From positions 62,001-126,000 of the forward strand of contig JABVCE010000002.1 in assembly GCA_014905635.1 (NCBI GenBank): a DNA stretch of 64,000 bases, given 5' to 3'. This document shows positions 26,327 to 37,675 of this stretch, in pieces (the first letter of the stretch is position 1; each line of letters begins with the position of its first letter). The notes under the pieces were generated by a model. The model worked only from the letters and a program-made list of their open reading frames with translations. It ran no database searches and was not told the DNA's origin. Source of the stretch: Scenedesmus sp. PABB004 (taxonomy: Eukaryota). The position numbers and the translations under genes are program-made.

Positions 26327-27071
26327 CGAGTGAGCTGCTGGCGCAGCTGCCTGCTGCTGCTCGCCACGGCGGTCGCCCTCGCTGCCCACGGCGCCGGCGG
26401 GGCCGACGCGCCCGAGAAGCTGGGCGCCGGCCTGCTGCTTTGCTGGTGGGCCCGCGCCCGCGCCGCTCGCGCGCTGGCCTGGCCTGGCGAGCCGCCCTCA
26501 CCCGTGCGTCATTCTCCCGCCCCACCGTGCAGTGAGGGGAAGGTGCTGCTGCTCAAACGCAGCAGCAAGCACAACGACGCGACCTGGGGCCTGCCGGGCG
26601 GCAACGCAGACGCTGCCGACGAGGGGCAGCTCCTCAGCACCGCGACGCGCGAGGCGCACGAGGAGCTCGGCGCCGTGCCGCCGTTTGACGTCCGCGCGCA
26701 GGTCGTGACCAAGTGAGACGATTTGGGGGGCGCGCGCGCGCGCGCCGCGGCGGTGCCCTGGCGGCTGCCGCCGCTCACGCGCCGTCGGTGCCTCGCGCCG
26801 CGCGCGCAGGCGCGGGAAGCGCGCGCAGAAGCATTTCACTGTATTCCTGGCGGACGTCAACAGCCAAGTGGCTGCGAGCTTCATTCCCAAGCTCAACGCG
26901 GAGCACAGCGCGTGGGAGTGGGTGCCCTGGGCACGCGTGCTGGCGGGCGAGCTCGCGCTGCACCCGGTCGTGGCGTTGTTGGTCTCGGAGCACGCGGCCG
27001 CGGTGAACAGCGTGCTGGGCGCGTGCACGCTGGCCGACGCTGGCGGCGGCGGCGCGGGCGGCAGCGGTTGA
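26324..27071 (+). CDS. Nudix hydrolase with N-terminal signal-peptide-like segment, 3 exons
   Basis: GAGLLLC|...[46 protein letters not shown]...TK|RGKRAQKHFTVFLADV...PKLNAEHSAWEWVPW. Confidence 0.88.
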
Positions 27072-27130
27072 CGGCGGGACGGGAAGCAAAGGTGGAGGGG
27101 GGGAAAGGGAGCCGTCCCGGGGCGAGCTGG

Positions 27131-27135
27131 TTACA
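27131..27135 (-). promoter_or_regulatory. TGTAA polyadenylation signal (probably psaF)
   Basis: TTACA on the plus strand about 630 nt downstream of the psaF stop. Confidence 0.45.
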
Positions 27136-27759
27136 GCTCATTGCCGTTGGCCCCGCTGCGCACTGCAGTCGGGCGACCAACCGCTCGGACGGCGCACACG
27201 TCGCGCCGCGCAAAAGGGCGCGCTGCCAGGCCCGCCTGGCGTGCCGGAGCCGAGCGCACGAGCCTGCCTGCGCGAGGCAACTGCTACGGACACGCGCGCA
27301 CCATAACCTGCTGCGCGGCCGGCGGCGGGGCTGCACCGGCCGCCCCTGCCGCCTCCGCCCCGCGGCACGCTGCTGCGCCCGCTGCCCGGCGCCGCTGCCG
27401 CGCGCGGCAGCGACCCGGGCAGCCACAGCGGCCGCCGCCTCCTACCGCCTACCCAGCGCGGCGCCCCGCCGACGCGCAGCGGCGGCAGCACCGCCAAAAC
27501 TGCTGCGCGCCGCGGCGGCGCCGGGGCCCGCCAGGCCGCGCCGCGCGCCAGCGCCGCGCCGCCTCGCGGTCGGCGGGCGCTGGCGCACGGCCCTGCTGCA
27601 AACTATCGCCACTGCACAGACCCAGCCGCCGCGCGAGGGGCGCTTACCTGCGCGGCCGCGCGGGCGGCGCGCGCGTGAGCGCGGAGCGCGCGCGGCCGCG
27701 CTGCGCCGCCGCCCCCGCGCCCGCCGCGCGCGCCGCGCTAGGATCCAGGTGCTCAGCGC

Positions 27760-29182
27760 TCACCGGGGGCTGATGGTGATGTTCTCGGCCTTCTCCGTGA
27801 GCGTGTTGGCGCGCAGCTCCGCGACGACCTGCACGGGCCACGTCGCGCCCTGCCAGGTGAGGCGCAGCGCGGCGGGGACGTCGATGATGATCTCCTTCTC
27901 CGTGGGCTTGGCCTCGCCCTTGACCATGTTGAGGTACAGGCGGCCCACGTAGCCGATCCAGCCCGCGACGTACAGGAAGCCAAAGGTCGGGATCTGGCGG
28001 GGGGCCGACGCGGCGGACGCGCGCGCGGCGTGAGCGCGCCGCGGCGGCGATTCCGGGGCGCCGCGCCGCGCGGCCGCCGCCGCGCGCGCCGCCGCCGGCC
28101 GCCCGCTGCCGCCCGCGCGCGCCGCCGCCCGCTGCGCTGCGCTGCGGGTGCAGGCGCGCGCCGCGGGCGCGCCGCGGGCACTCACGAAGACCTCGCCGGC
28201 GTGGCCGTACTTCAGCGCCAGCCCGGGGTCGCTGATGAGGTGGGGCAGGCCGTCGGCGCCGCACAGCAGGCCCGCCTTGGCGTAGTTGGCAAAGCGGTTC
28301 TGGGTGCGCTCGATGGTCGCCTTGAGGGCGATGGCCGGCGCGCTGTCGGCCTCGTACTGCGGCGGGCGCGGCGGCGGCGCGGCGCGGCCGGTGGGCGCCG
28401 CGCCGCCGACGCTGCGGAGGGCGGCGGCCGCGCCGCTCCGCGATCGCGCCCGCCCCCGGAGCGCCGTCGCCGCCCTCCACCCGCCGCCGCCGCCTGCCGC
28501 CGCCGCGCTGCCCTGCGCTGGCCGCGGGGCGGGGGCATCTCCGCTGCGCCGCCGCCGCTGCTGCTCCGGGCGCGCGCCGGCCGCACCGCGCCCGCCGCCG
28601 CGCCGTGGCCCGCGGGCCGCGGCCCACGCGCGGGCGGGCCGGCGGCGCCTGGTCCAGGCGGTCCCGGCGCGGGAGCCGCCTCGCGACGGCCCCGCAACCG
28701 CCCTCTCGCTGCTGGATCGGGGGCCCGGCTCGCGCCCCGCCCCCCGCCCGCGCCACGCGCGCTGCGCCCGCCGCGCCCGCGCAGGCGCGCTGATCGCCGG
28801 GCTCACGTTCTTGAGGCGCTTGTTGAGGCCCTTGACCTCGTTCTTGAGGCGCTTGGCGTAGGCTGCGCTCTCGCTGCAGGGCGTGAGGCCCGCGATGTCC
28901 GCCTTGGCGGCGTCCACCTGGCCGAAGCCCACCACCGCCGCCAGGGCGGCCGCGGCCAGGGCCTTGTTCACCTGCTGGCACTCGCCCCGCTGCGCGCTGC
29001 ACGCCACGGCGCGGGCCGGGCGCTGCGCCGCCAGCGAGGGGCGGGCCGCGGCCCTGCCGGTCGCCTGCGGCCGGGCGGGCGGCCGGCGTCAGCGGGCGCG
29101 CCGCGGGCGGCCCCGGCATCCTGCGCCACCGCCCCCGCCGCCCGCGCACCTGGGCGGGGGTGGTGCGGAGTGCGGCGGCCAT
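27760..29182 (-). CDS. psaF: Photosystem I subunit III (PsaF), 4 exons
   Basis: [79 protein letters not shown]...|[18 protein letters not shown]...EKEIIIDVP...ENITISPR*. Confidence 0.98.
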
Positions 29183-29486
29183 CTTGACGTGCTGCAGGGA
29201 ACAGTGCGCAGGGCAGCGTGGCCTGGCAGACGGCAACAGCGGGTGATCTGCGCGATCTAAACCACGGCCCGCGGTTTTCGGCGCAAATGGTGCGCGCAAT
29301 ACAGGGCCCCTCCCGCCCCGCCGCCCTCCTCCATAGGTGCCGGCCGGCAACCGCGCGCGGTGGGCGGGCGCTGGCGGCGCTCGGGGCTGCGGGTGCGGCG
29401 CCGCAGACGGCGGCGCGCCGCGCGCGCGGCGCAGCGTCGCCAGCGCCGCGCCGCGCTGCGCCGCGAGCTGCTCGCGACCACCGCCC

Positions 29487-30035
29487 TGCAGGGCGAGCTG
29501 TGGCAGGACCGGCTGGTCGCGGCGCTGCTGCAGCAGGTCGCGGCGGGCGCCGCCTCGCCCTGGGCGCCGTACGTGCGCGCGCTGCCCCGCGCGGTGCCCA
29601 GCGCCCTGGAGAGCTTCTCGCCCGCCGAGGCGGCGGCGCTGCAGCTGCCGGGCGCCGTCGCGGCACTCGCGGCGCACGCGGCCAGGTGGAGGCGAGCTGG
29701 CGCGCGTGCCCGCCTGACGCCATCGGCGGCGCCGACCTCGCCACCTTTCGCTGGGCCCACTCGGTGGGCGCGGCGCGCTGCCGGTGCTGTGCGCGGCGCG
29801 CCGCGCCGCGCCGCGGCTGAGCGCGCGCGCTGTGCCGCCCGCGGCGCGCCAGGTCGTGATGTCGCGCACGTTTGGCAACGCAGGCCGGGGCGGCGGCGTG
29901 GGCGTGCGGCTGCTGTGCCCCCTGATCGACATGCTCAACCACGCGGGCGACGAGACGCCCAGCGGGCTGCATGCGCCTGCCGCGGCGCCCGTGGCCGCCG
30001 CCACCAGGCTCGCGCGCCCCCGGCTGGGGCGAGGC
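29487..30035 (+). pseudogene. Inverted internal fragment of the SET-domain gene (copy 1)
   Basis: Reverse complement of ~35000-35585 including its intron; 1-nt deletion (GCCAGG-TGGAGG) and ~40-nt deletion after ETPSGL. Confidence 0.9.
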
Positions 30036-30431
30036 GCTCACCTGGACACGGTCGCTGGCGCACGCGGAGGGCGCGCGGCGCTCGTGGACCGCTCGGCTGA
30101 GAGTGCGCCGCCCGCCGCCCGCCGCCGACAGGCGGCGGCGGCGTGGTGCGCGGCTGCGGGCCTCGCGCGCCGCCGCCTGCGCCGCAGCCCCCATGACCTG
30201 CAACGCACGTCACACGTCACGTGCCCGAGCTTTCTCGCCGCCGCCCGACCTCTCCGCCGCGCGTTCCCGCCCCAGGAGCAGTCGCCGCGGCCGCCCGCAC
30301 GAGCCGATCGAGCTGCGGCGCTGCGCCGGAACGCGCCAACCGACGCGCCGCCACCGCCGGGGCGCCGCGCCGCGCACGCCTGCCGCCTCGCTGGCCCTGC
30401 GGCACCGGAGGCTGCCTAAGGAGCTCCTGAG

Positions 30432-30828
30432 ATGGCCGAGCTGGTCTGCGTGACGGGGGCGACGGGCTACGTGGCGTCAGAGCTGGTGAAGCAGCTGCTC
30501 GCCGCCGGCGGCGGCACGCGCTACCGCGTGCGCGCCACCGTGCGGGCGGACCCCTCCAGCCCGCGCCTGCAGTACCTGCGCGACCTGCCGGGCGCGGCGG
30601 AGCGGCTGGAGCTCGTGCGCGTGCCCGACCTCGCCGCGCCCGGCGACGCGCTCGCGGCTGCGCTGGACGGCGCGCGCCTGCTCTTCCACGTCGCCTCGCC
30701 GTTCCGCTTCGACGGCGACCCCACCGCCGACATCGTGCAGCCCGCCGTGCAGGGCACGCGCGCCGTGCTGACCGCGGCGGCGGCGGTGCCGGGCCTGCGC
30801 CGCGTCGTGGTCACGTCGTCCGTGTGCG
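30432..30828 (+). pseudogene. Truncated copy (exon 1 only) of the NAD-dependent epimerase gene
   Basis: Same translation as 32231-32627; intron 1 is cut by the duplication junction at ~30905. Confidence 0.85.
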
Positions 30829-30904
30829 GTGCGGCGGCGGGCGGCGGGCGCGGCGGCGGCGGGCATGGCGCTGCGGGGCGCGACAGCAGCGGCACGCCCG
30901 CAGC

Positions 30905-30981
30905 GGCGGCCCCGGCATCCTGCGCCACCGCCCCCGCCGCCCGCGCACCTGGGCGGGGGTGGTGCGGAGTGCGGCGGCCAT
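30905..30981 (-). pseudogene. Duplicated psaF exon 1 and intron start
   Basis: [17 protein letters not shown] copy with no downstream psaF exons. Confidence 0.8.
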
Positions 30982-31285
30982 CTTGACGTGCTGCAGGGAA
31001 CAGTGCGCAGGGCAGCGTGGCCTGGCAGACGGCAACAGCGGGTGATCTGCGCGATCTAAACCACGGCCCGCGGTTTTCGGCGCAAATGGTGCGCGCAATA
31101 TAGGGCCCCTCCCGCCCCGCCGCCCTCCTCCATAGGTGCCGGCCGGCAACCGCGCGCGGTGGGCGGGCGCTGGCGGCGCTCGGGGCTGCGGGTGCGGCGC
31201 CGCAGACGGCGGCGCGCCGCGCGCGCGGCGCAGCGTCGCCAGCGCCGCGCCGCGCTGCGCCGCGAGCTGCTCGCGACCACCGCCC

Positions 31286-31834
31286 TGCAGGGCGAGCTGT
31301 GGCAGGACCGGCTGGTCGCGGCGCTGCTGCAGCAGGTCGCGGCGGGCGCCGCCTCGCCCTGGGCGCCGTACGTGCGCGCGCTGCCCCGCGCGGTGCCCAG
31401 CGCCCTGGAGAGCTTCTCGCCCGCCGAGGCGGCGGCGCTGCAGCTGCCGGGCGCCGTCGCGGCACTCGCGGCGCACGCGGCCAGGTGGAGGCGAGCTGGC
31501 GCGCGTGCCCGCCTGACGCCATCGGCGGCGCCGACCTCGCCACCTTTCGCTGGGCCCACTCGGTGGGCGCGGCGCGCTGCCGGTGCTGTGCGCGGCGCGC
31601 CGCGCCGCGCCGCGGCTGAGCGCGCGCGCTGTGCCGCCCGCGGCGCGCCAGGTCGTGATGTCGCGCACGTTTGGCAACGCAGGCCGGGGCGGCGGCGTGG
31701 GCGTGCGGCTGCTGTGCCCCCTGATCGACATGCTCAACCACGCGGGCGACGAGACGCCCAGCGGGCTGCATGCGCCTGCCGCGGCGCCCGTGGCCGCCGC
31801 CACCAGGCTCGCGCGCCCCCGGCTGGGGCGAGGC
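31286..31834 (+). pseudogene. Inverted internal fragment of the SET-domain gene (copy 2)
   Basis: Same as 29487-30035, offset by 1799. Confidence 0.9.
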
Positions 31835-32230
31835 GCTCACCTGGACACGGTCGCTGGCGCACGCGGAGGGCGCGCGGCGCTCGTGGACCGCTCGGCTGAG
31901 AGTGCGCCGCCCGCCGCCCGCCGCCGACAGGCGGCGGCGGCGTGGTGCGCGGCTGCGGGCCTCGCGCGCCGCCGCCTGCGCCGCAGCCCCCATGACCTGC
32001 AACGCACGTCACACGTCACGTGCCCGAGCTTTCTCGCCGCCGCCCGACCTCTCCGCCGCGCGTTCCCGCCCCAGGAGCAGTCGCCGCGGCCGCCCGCACG
32101 AGCCGATCGAGCTGCGGCGCTGCGCCGGAACGCGCCAACCGACGCGCCGCCACCGCCGGGGCGCCGCGCCGCGCACGCCTGCCGCCTCGCTGGCCCTGCG
32201 GCACCGGAGGCTGCCTAAGGAGCTCCTGAG

Positions 32231-33540
32231 ATGGCCGAGCTGGTCTGCGTGACGGGGGCGACGGGCTACGTGGCGTCAGAGCTGGTGAAGCAGCTGCTCG
32301 CCGCCGGCGGCGGCACGCGCTACCGCGTGCGCGCCACCGTGCGGGCGGACCCCTCCAGCCCGCGCCTGCAGTACCTGCGCGACCTGCCGGGCGCGGCGGA
32401 GCGGCTGGAGCTCGTGCGCGTGCCCGACCTCGCCGCGCCCGGCGACGCGCTCGCGGCTGCGCTGGACGGCGCGCGCCTGCTCTTCCACGTCGCCTCGCCG
32501 TTCCGCTTCGACGGCGACCCCACCGCCGACATCGTGCAGCCCGCCGTGCAGGGCACGCGCGCCGTGCTGACAGCGGCGGCGGCGGTGCCGGGCCTGCGCC
32601 GCGTCGTGGTCACGTCGTCCGTGTGCGGTGCGGCGGCGGGCGGCGGGCGCGGCGGCGGCGGGCATGGCGCTGCGGGGCGCGACAGCAGCGGCACGCCCGC
32701 AGCGGCGGGCGGCGCGGCACGGCGGGCGGCCCGCGACCCGGCCCCGCCGCGCGACCCCCTTGCGCCGCCGCCCGCGCGGGCGCGCCGCAGCCATCCACGA
32801 CATGAACCGCAAGCAGCCGCCCAAAGGCGCGGCGTACTGTGAGGACGACTGGAACGAGGTCTCCACGCTCGAGTCGGAGGCCTACTGGGTCAGCAAGGTC
32901 CAGGCCGAGCGCGCGGCGTGGGCGCTGGCGGACGACCTCGGCCTCGACGTCGTCACGATCCTGCCCAACTTCGTGCTGGTGCGGCGCGGCGCGGCGCGGC
33001 GCAGCGGCCGTGCGCACCGCGCCAGGACGCGCGGCGCGCCGGGACGCCGCCGCGCCAGGACGCGCGGCGCGGCGCGCGCGGCGCGGCCCACGCCGCCCGT
33101 GCGCGGCGCGGGCGCAGGGCCCCGTCGTGAGCGGCGGCCAGGGCGGCGTGAGCGTGGGGTTCATGCGGGGCATCCTCGAGGCGGGGCGCGACGCGCCGCT
33201 GGAGGGAAGCTGGACGATCAACGACGTCCGCGACGTCGCGGCGGCGCACATCCTCGCGGCGGAGCGCCCCGAGGCCAAGGGCCGCTACATCGTGAGCCAG
33301 CCGGAGTCCATCTCGGCGCGCTTCATCACCGACACGCTCAAGGCCGCCTTCCCCGCCGCCGCGGCGGCGCTCGCGGACGGCGGCGCCGCCGAGGCGAACC
33401 GCATCGACAGCAGCCGCGCCGTGCGGGAGCTGGGGCTGCGGCTCACGCCGGTGGCCGAGACGGTGCGGGACATGGCGGCCTCGCTCCTGGAGCACGGCAT
33501 TGCCAAGCCTGCCTGGTTCACTGCGGTTCCGGCGAGCTGA
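32231..33540 (+). CDS. NAD(P)-dependent epimerase/dehydratase (DFR/CCR-like extended SDR), 3 exons
   Basis: VCVTGATGYVASELVKQLL, VRATVR, LFHVASPF, PAVQGTRAVL, RRVVVTSS, YWVSK (YxxxK), DVRDVAAAHILA, AKGRYI. Confidence 0.93.
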
Positions 33541-33570
33541 GCGGGCGGCGCGGCGCGCGGCCCGGCCGGC

Positions 33571-33575
33571 TGTAA
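33571..33575 (+). promoter_or_regulatory. TGTAA polyadenylation signal (epimerase)
   Basis: TGTAA 31 nt after the stop. Confidence 0.65.
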
Positions 33576-33612
33576 CCGCGGCTTTGTTCAGTTTTTCAGT
33601 TGCAGGGGCGGC

Positions 33613-36185
33613 TCACTCTGCGGCAGCCGCCCACGGGGGCGCGTGGCGCGACGGCGACGCCCCCGCCGCGCCGCCGGCCGCGGGCTGCAGCGACGGCGGC
33701 GGCGCGCCGCCCTGCAGCTGCGCGAGCGGCACGCCCGCCGCTAAGACCACGTCCATCAGCAGCTGCTTCTTGCTGGCGCGGAACTGCACCGCGAGGCGCT
33801 CGGCGTGGCGCAGCACGCCCGGCTGCCGCCCGATGCTGGCGAGCAGCACGTCCACCGCGACCTGCAGCGGCAGGCTGTCGACGTCCAGCGCGCGAGCAGC
33901 TCCCGCGGCTGCCCCCGCCGCGCCCCCGGCTGCTGCGGCTGGCCGCGGCGGCCCGGGGACCCGCTTTGACTTCTTGGCCGCCGCCAGCACCTGGCCGCCG
34001 CCGGCGGCGCCGGCAGTGCTGCCGTCGCCGGCGCCCGGGGCTGCTGCGGCGGCCGCGGCCGCGTCCGCCAGCTGCGCCGCCATCTCCGGCGCGTAGTCGG
34101 GCACTGCCCGCAGATAGTGCCGCAGCAGCGCCGCGCAGCGCCGCGTCGCCGCCGCATCGTGGCTGTGCTGCGCGTCGCTCGCCAGCAGGGCCAGGTCTGC
34201 CAGCAGCGGCGTCGGCAGCGCGGCGAGGCCCGCCCACGCGAGGCGCGCGACCGCCGCGCTCACGGCGGCCATGTCGCCGTCGTGCAGCACCTCCAGCGCC
34301 GCGATAAACGGCCCGCTCACGCGGCTGCCCGACGCGACCTGCGGGCAGCCGCGCGCGCTCAGCGCGCCGCCACCGGCGACGCGCGGCGCGCTGCGCTGCG
34401 TGCAGCGCAGCGCCGCCGGCGCACCTTGACCGGCTCCAGCGCATCCAGCAGCGCGCCCCACGCGGCGGCGTCGTCGCTGCTCCCCGCTGCCGCTGCGGCG
34501 ACCTCCTCCTGCAGCGCCGCCAGGCCCGCGTCCAGCGCCGCGCGATACCTGCCCGCCAGCGCCGAGGCGTCCCCGCCCTGGCGCATGCGGCGGCGGGGTC
34601 GGCGGCGGCGGCAGTGGTGGTGGCACACAAGCTCAGCGCGGCGCGCGGCACCACAACGGAACCCGGAGCCGGGGCGGCGGCCACGCGCCCCCGCCACGGC
34701 CACGCACCCCCGCCGCGCCGCACCGCGTCGATGGCCTCCGCCCAGAGGTGCTCGAGGCCCGCGCGCACCGAGTCCGCGAGCGCAAGCGTGTCGTGGGGGT
34801 TGGCGGGCGGCACAAAGCCGTAGTGCAGCAGAAACTCCTCCGACGCGCCCTCAAAGTAGCTCAGCAGCAGCGGCTCCTCGGGCGCGACGGCGCGCGTCGC
34901 GCTCAGCACCATCTCCCAGCCGCCGCTCGCGCTGCGCTCGGGCGCCACGACGTCCCACCTGCGGCCGCGGCGGCGGCGGGCGCGCGGCCTCGCGCGGCCT
35001 CGCCCCGGCCGGGGACGCGCGAGCCCGGTGGCGGCGGCCACGCGCGCCGCGGCAGGCGCGGCGCGCCTGACGTTGTCGCGCGGCAGCGGCTCGTCGCCGA
35101 GCAGCCCGCTGGGCGTCTCGTCGCCCGCGTGGTTGAGCATGTCGATCAGGGGGCACAGCAGCCGCACGCCCACGCCGCCGCCCCGGCCTGCGTTGCCAAA
35201 CGTGCGCGACATCACGACCTGGCGCGCCGCGGGCGGCACAGCGCGCGCGCTCAGCCGCGGCGCGGCGCGGCGCGCCGCGCACAGCACCGGCAGCGCGCCG
35301 CGCCCACCGAGTGGGCCCAGCGAAAGGTGGCGAGGTCGGCGCCGCCGATGGCGTCAGGCGGGCACGCGCGCCAGCTCGCCTCCAGCCTGGCCGCGTGCGC
35401 CGCGAGTGCCGCGACGGCGCCCGGCAGCTGCAGCGCCGCCGCCTCTGCGGGCGAGAAGCTCTCCAGGGCGCTGGGCACCGCGCGGGGCAGCGCGCGCACG
35501 TATGGCGCCCAGGGCGAGGCGGCGCCCGCCGCGACCTGCTGCAGCAGCGCCGCGACCAGCCGGTCCTGCCACAGCTCGCCCTGCGGGGCGCGCGCCGCTG
35601 GCGGCTTGGCGAGCGGGGCGCGGAGCGCGTGCGCGCCTGGCCGCGCCGCCGCGTTCGCCGCGCGCACCTCGCCCGGCAGCTGGCGGCGCTGCTGCGCGTC
35701 CATGGCGTCGGTGATCGCCAGCCGCAGCGGCACGCGCGCCAGGACGTCCCCCGGCGCGAGGTGCTGCGGCTCGCGCGGTCGCAGGGACCGTGAGCACGGG
35801 CGCCGGTGCGCCGCCGCCGCTGCGGCCGTCGCCGCACGCGGCCGCCCACCTCCACCGCGACCACGCCGCGCTCGCCCGACGCGTCCTCCTCGTACAGCGC
35901 CACACGGCTGTCGTCGCGGCCGACGCCCTCCACGCCGTTGGCAACCAGCCACACCAGGAGGTCCTCCAGCACGCCGCCCTCGACCGGCAGTGCGTCTGCT
36001 GCTGCTGCTGCGCCTGCTGCCGCCGCCGGCGCGCTCTGCCGCGTCTGCTGCCTCCCAGGCTGCTGCTGCATCTTCTGCGGCTGCGGGGCGCTCCGCGCCG
36101 CCAGCCGCGGTCTGCCGCGGCGGCCGGCCGGCGGCGCGCCGCCGCCGCGCAGCAGCTGCCGCGCGCCGCCGCGCAGCATCATCAT
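33613..36185 (-). CDS. SET-domain lysine methyltransferase (Rubisco LSMT-like), plastid transit peptide, multi-exon
   Basis: LLVWLVANGV, GERGVVAVE, GDVLARVPLRLAIT, SPWAPYVRALP, FRWAHS|VVMSRTF, LCPLIDMLNH, EEPLLLSY...EEFLLHYGFVPPANPHD, C-terminal LAVQFRASKKQLL. Confidence 0.9.
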
Positions 36186-36623
36186 CGTCGCGACTGACGC
36201 GCGCGAGCTGGGCGCCGACGGTGTGGTGTGGGGGCAAGCCTGTTCTGCGCGCAGTCGTCGCTGGTGCCTGTTCACCCGACCGCATCCTTGACGGCGCCAC
36301 GCTGGCGCGACGGCGGCCGCCGAGCTGCCCCGCCGCCGCCGCCGCCGCTTCGGGCGCGCCGCCGTGCTCGCTCCGCACTCCCCGCCGCCGCACGCCACGC
36401 GCACACGCCCCCGGCCGCCGCCCGAGCAGCAGCAGCAGCGCGCGCCGGCCGACCCGCCAGCGCGCCGACGCGAGGCGGCAGCGGCTCTGCAGCGGTCGCT
36501 TCCGGCTCGCCTCACCGCGTGGCGTGCCTCCGTCGCGTGCGGGACCAGCAGCGCCCTGCGCGCTCAGCGGGCGGCGCCCGCCATCCCGAGCGGCCGAGCG
36601 CCCTCCCCGCGGCGCGGCGCGCC

Positions 36624-37523
36624 ATGGAGCTGTCCGGCTTCAGCCGGGAGCAGCTGGACAAGGCGGTGGCCTCGCTGCTCAAGTTTTCGGGGGCCCAGGA
36701 CCGCTCCTCGCAGCTGCTGGAGGAGGACGAGCTGCTGCACCTCGTCGTCGCGCTCAAGAAGGCGCCTGCGGGGCCGCGCAAGGACAAGCCCATCCGCCTG
36801 CCCCTCCCGCACCCTCTGTGGAGCGCGGAGGGCGCGGAGGTGTGCCTGTTCGTCAAGGACCACAAGGGCGAGGGCCACAAGGCAGCCAAGGCGCGGCTCG
36901 CCAAGTTCACAGCCAACGGCGGCGTCGCCAAGGTCGTGGGGCTCTCCAAGCTGCGCACCAAGTACGAGAGCCACGAGGCCAAGCGCGGGCTGTGCGGCGC
37001 GTACGACCTCTTCCTCGCGGACGACCGCGTGCTGCCGAGCCTGCCCAAGCTGCTGGGCAAGGCCTTCTTCCGCCGCAAGAAGCAGCCGCTCCCGGTCGAC
37101 CTGCGCGCGCCCGACTTTCCGCGCCAGGTCGCCGCCGCGCTCGCGTCGACCTACATGACGCCGCCGACGGGGACGTGCGTCAGCGTGCGCGTCGCGCGCA
37201 GCGGCATGCCCGCCGACGCGGTCGCGGCCAACGCGCTCGCCGCGCTGCGCGGCGTCGTCGGCGCGGTGCCCAAGCGCTGGGCCAACGTGCAGGCGGTGTA
37301 CCTCAAGACGAGCGAGAGCGTCGCGCTGCCCGTGTACCAGGTGCTGCCCGACGCGCCGGTCAAGATCCCCGGCGCCGCCGGCGCGGGTGGGGGCGAGGCC
37401 GAGGCGCGCGCGGGCGGGGGCGAGGAGGCGCGCACGGGCGGCGAGGGCGGCGACGAGGCCCCGCCGGCCGGCCGCGCGCAGCGGAAGCAGCAGCGCGGCG
37501 CGGCGCGTGCGGCGCGGCGCTGA
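36624..37523 (+). CDS. Ribosomal L1 domain-containing protein (RSL1D1/UTP30/CIC1-like), intronless
   Basis: KPIRLPLPHPL, EVCLFVKD, KVVGLSKLRTKYESHEAKRGLCGAYDLFLADDRVLPSLPKLLGKAFFRRKKQPLPV, WANVQAVYLKTSESVALPVY. Confidence 0.93.
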   Translation: MELSGFSREQLDKAVASLLKFSGAQDRSSQLLEEDELLHLVVALKKAPAGPRKDKPIRLPLPHPLWSAEGAEVCLFVKDHKGEGHKAAKARLAKFTANGGVAKVVGLSKLRTKYESHEAKRGLCGAYDLFLADDRVLPSLPKLLGKAFFRRKKQPLPVDLRAPDFPRQVAAALASTYMTPPTGTCVSVRVARSGMPADAVAANALAALRGVVGAVPKRWANVQAVYLKTSESVALPVYQVLPDAPVKIPGAAGAGGGEAEARAGGGEEARTGGEGGDEAPPAGRAQRKQQRGAARAARR

Positions 37524-37577
37524 GCGACCCGCGCGCCGCCAGCCCTGGTCGCGGCGGCGGCGGCAGCCATCTGTTGC

Positions 37578-37582
37578 TGTAA
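37578..37582 (+). promoter_or_regulatory. TGTAA polyadenylation signal (RSL1D1-like)
   Basis: TGTAA 55 nt after the stop. Confidence 0.65.
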
Positions 37583-37675
37583 CGGGGACGCGCGTTGCTC
37601 GTGTTACTCGTGCCGCGCACTCAACTCGCAACAGCGGGCCGCCGCGGCGCGGGCGGCGCGGCGGGGCTGACCCCG

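Larger units (their letters stand above)
29106..32708. repeat. Head-to-tail tandem duplication, 1799-bp unit (29106-30904; 30905-32703)
   Basis: Copies look identical except for substitutions seen at 29302/31101 (C/T) and 30773/32572 (C/A); GGCGG microhomology at the junction. Confidence 0.95.
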
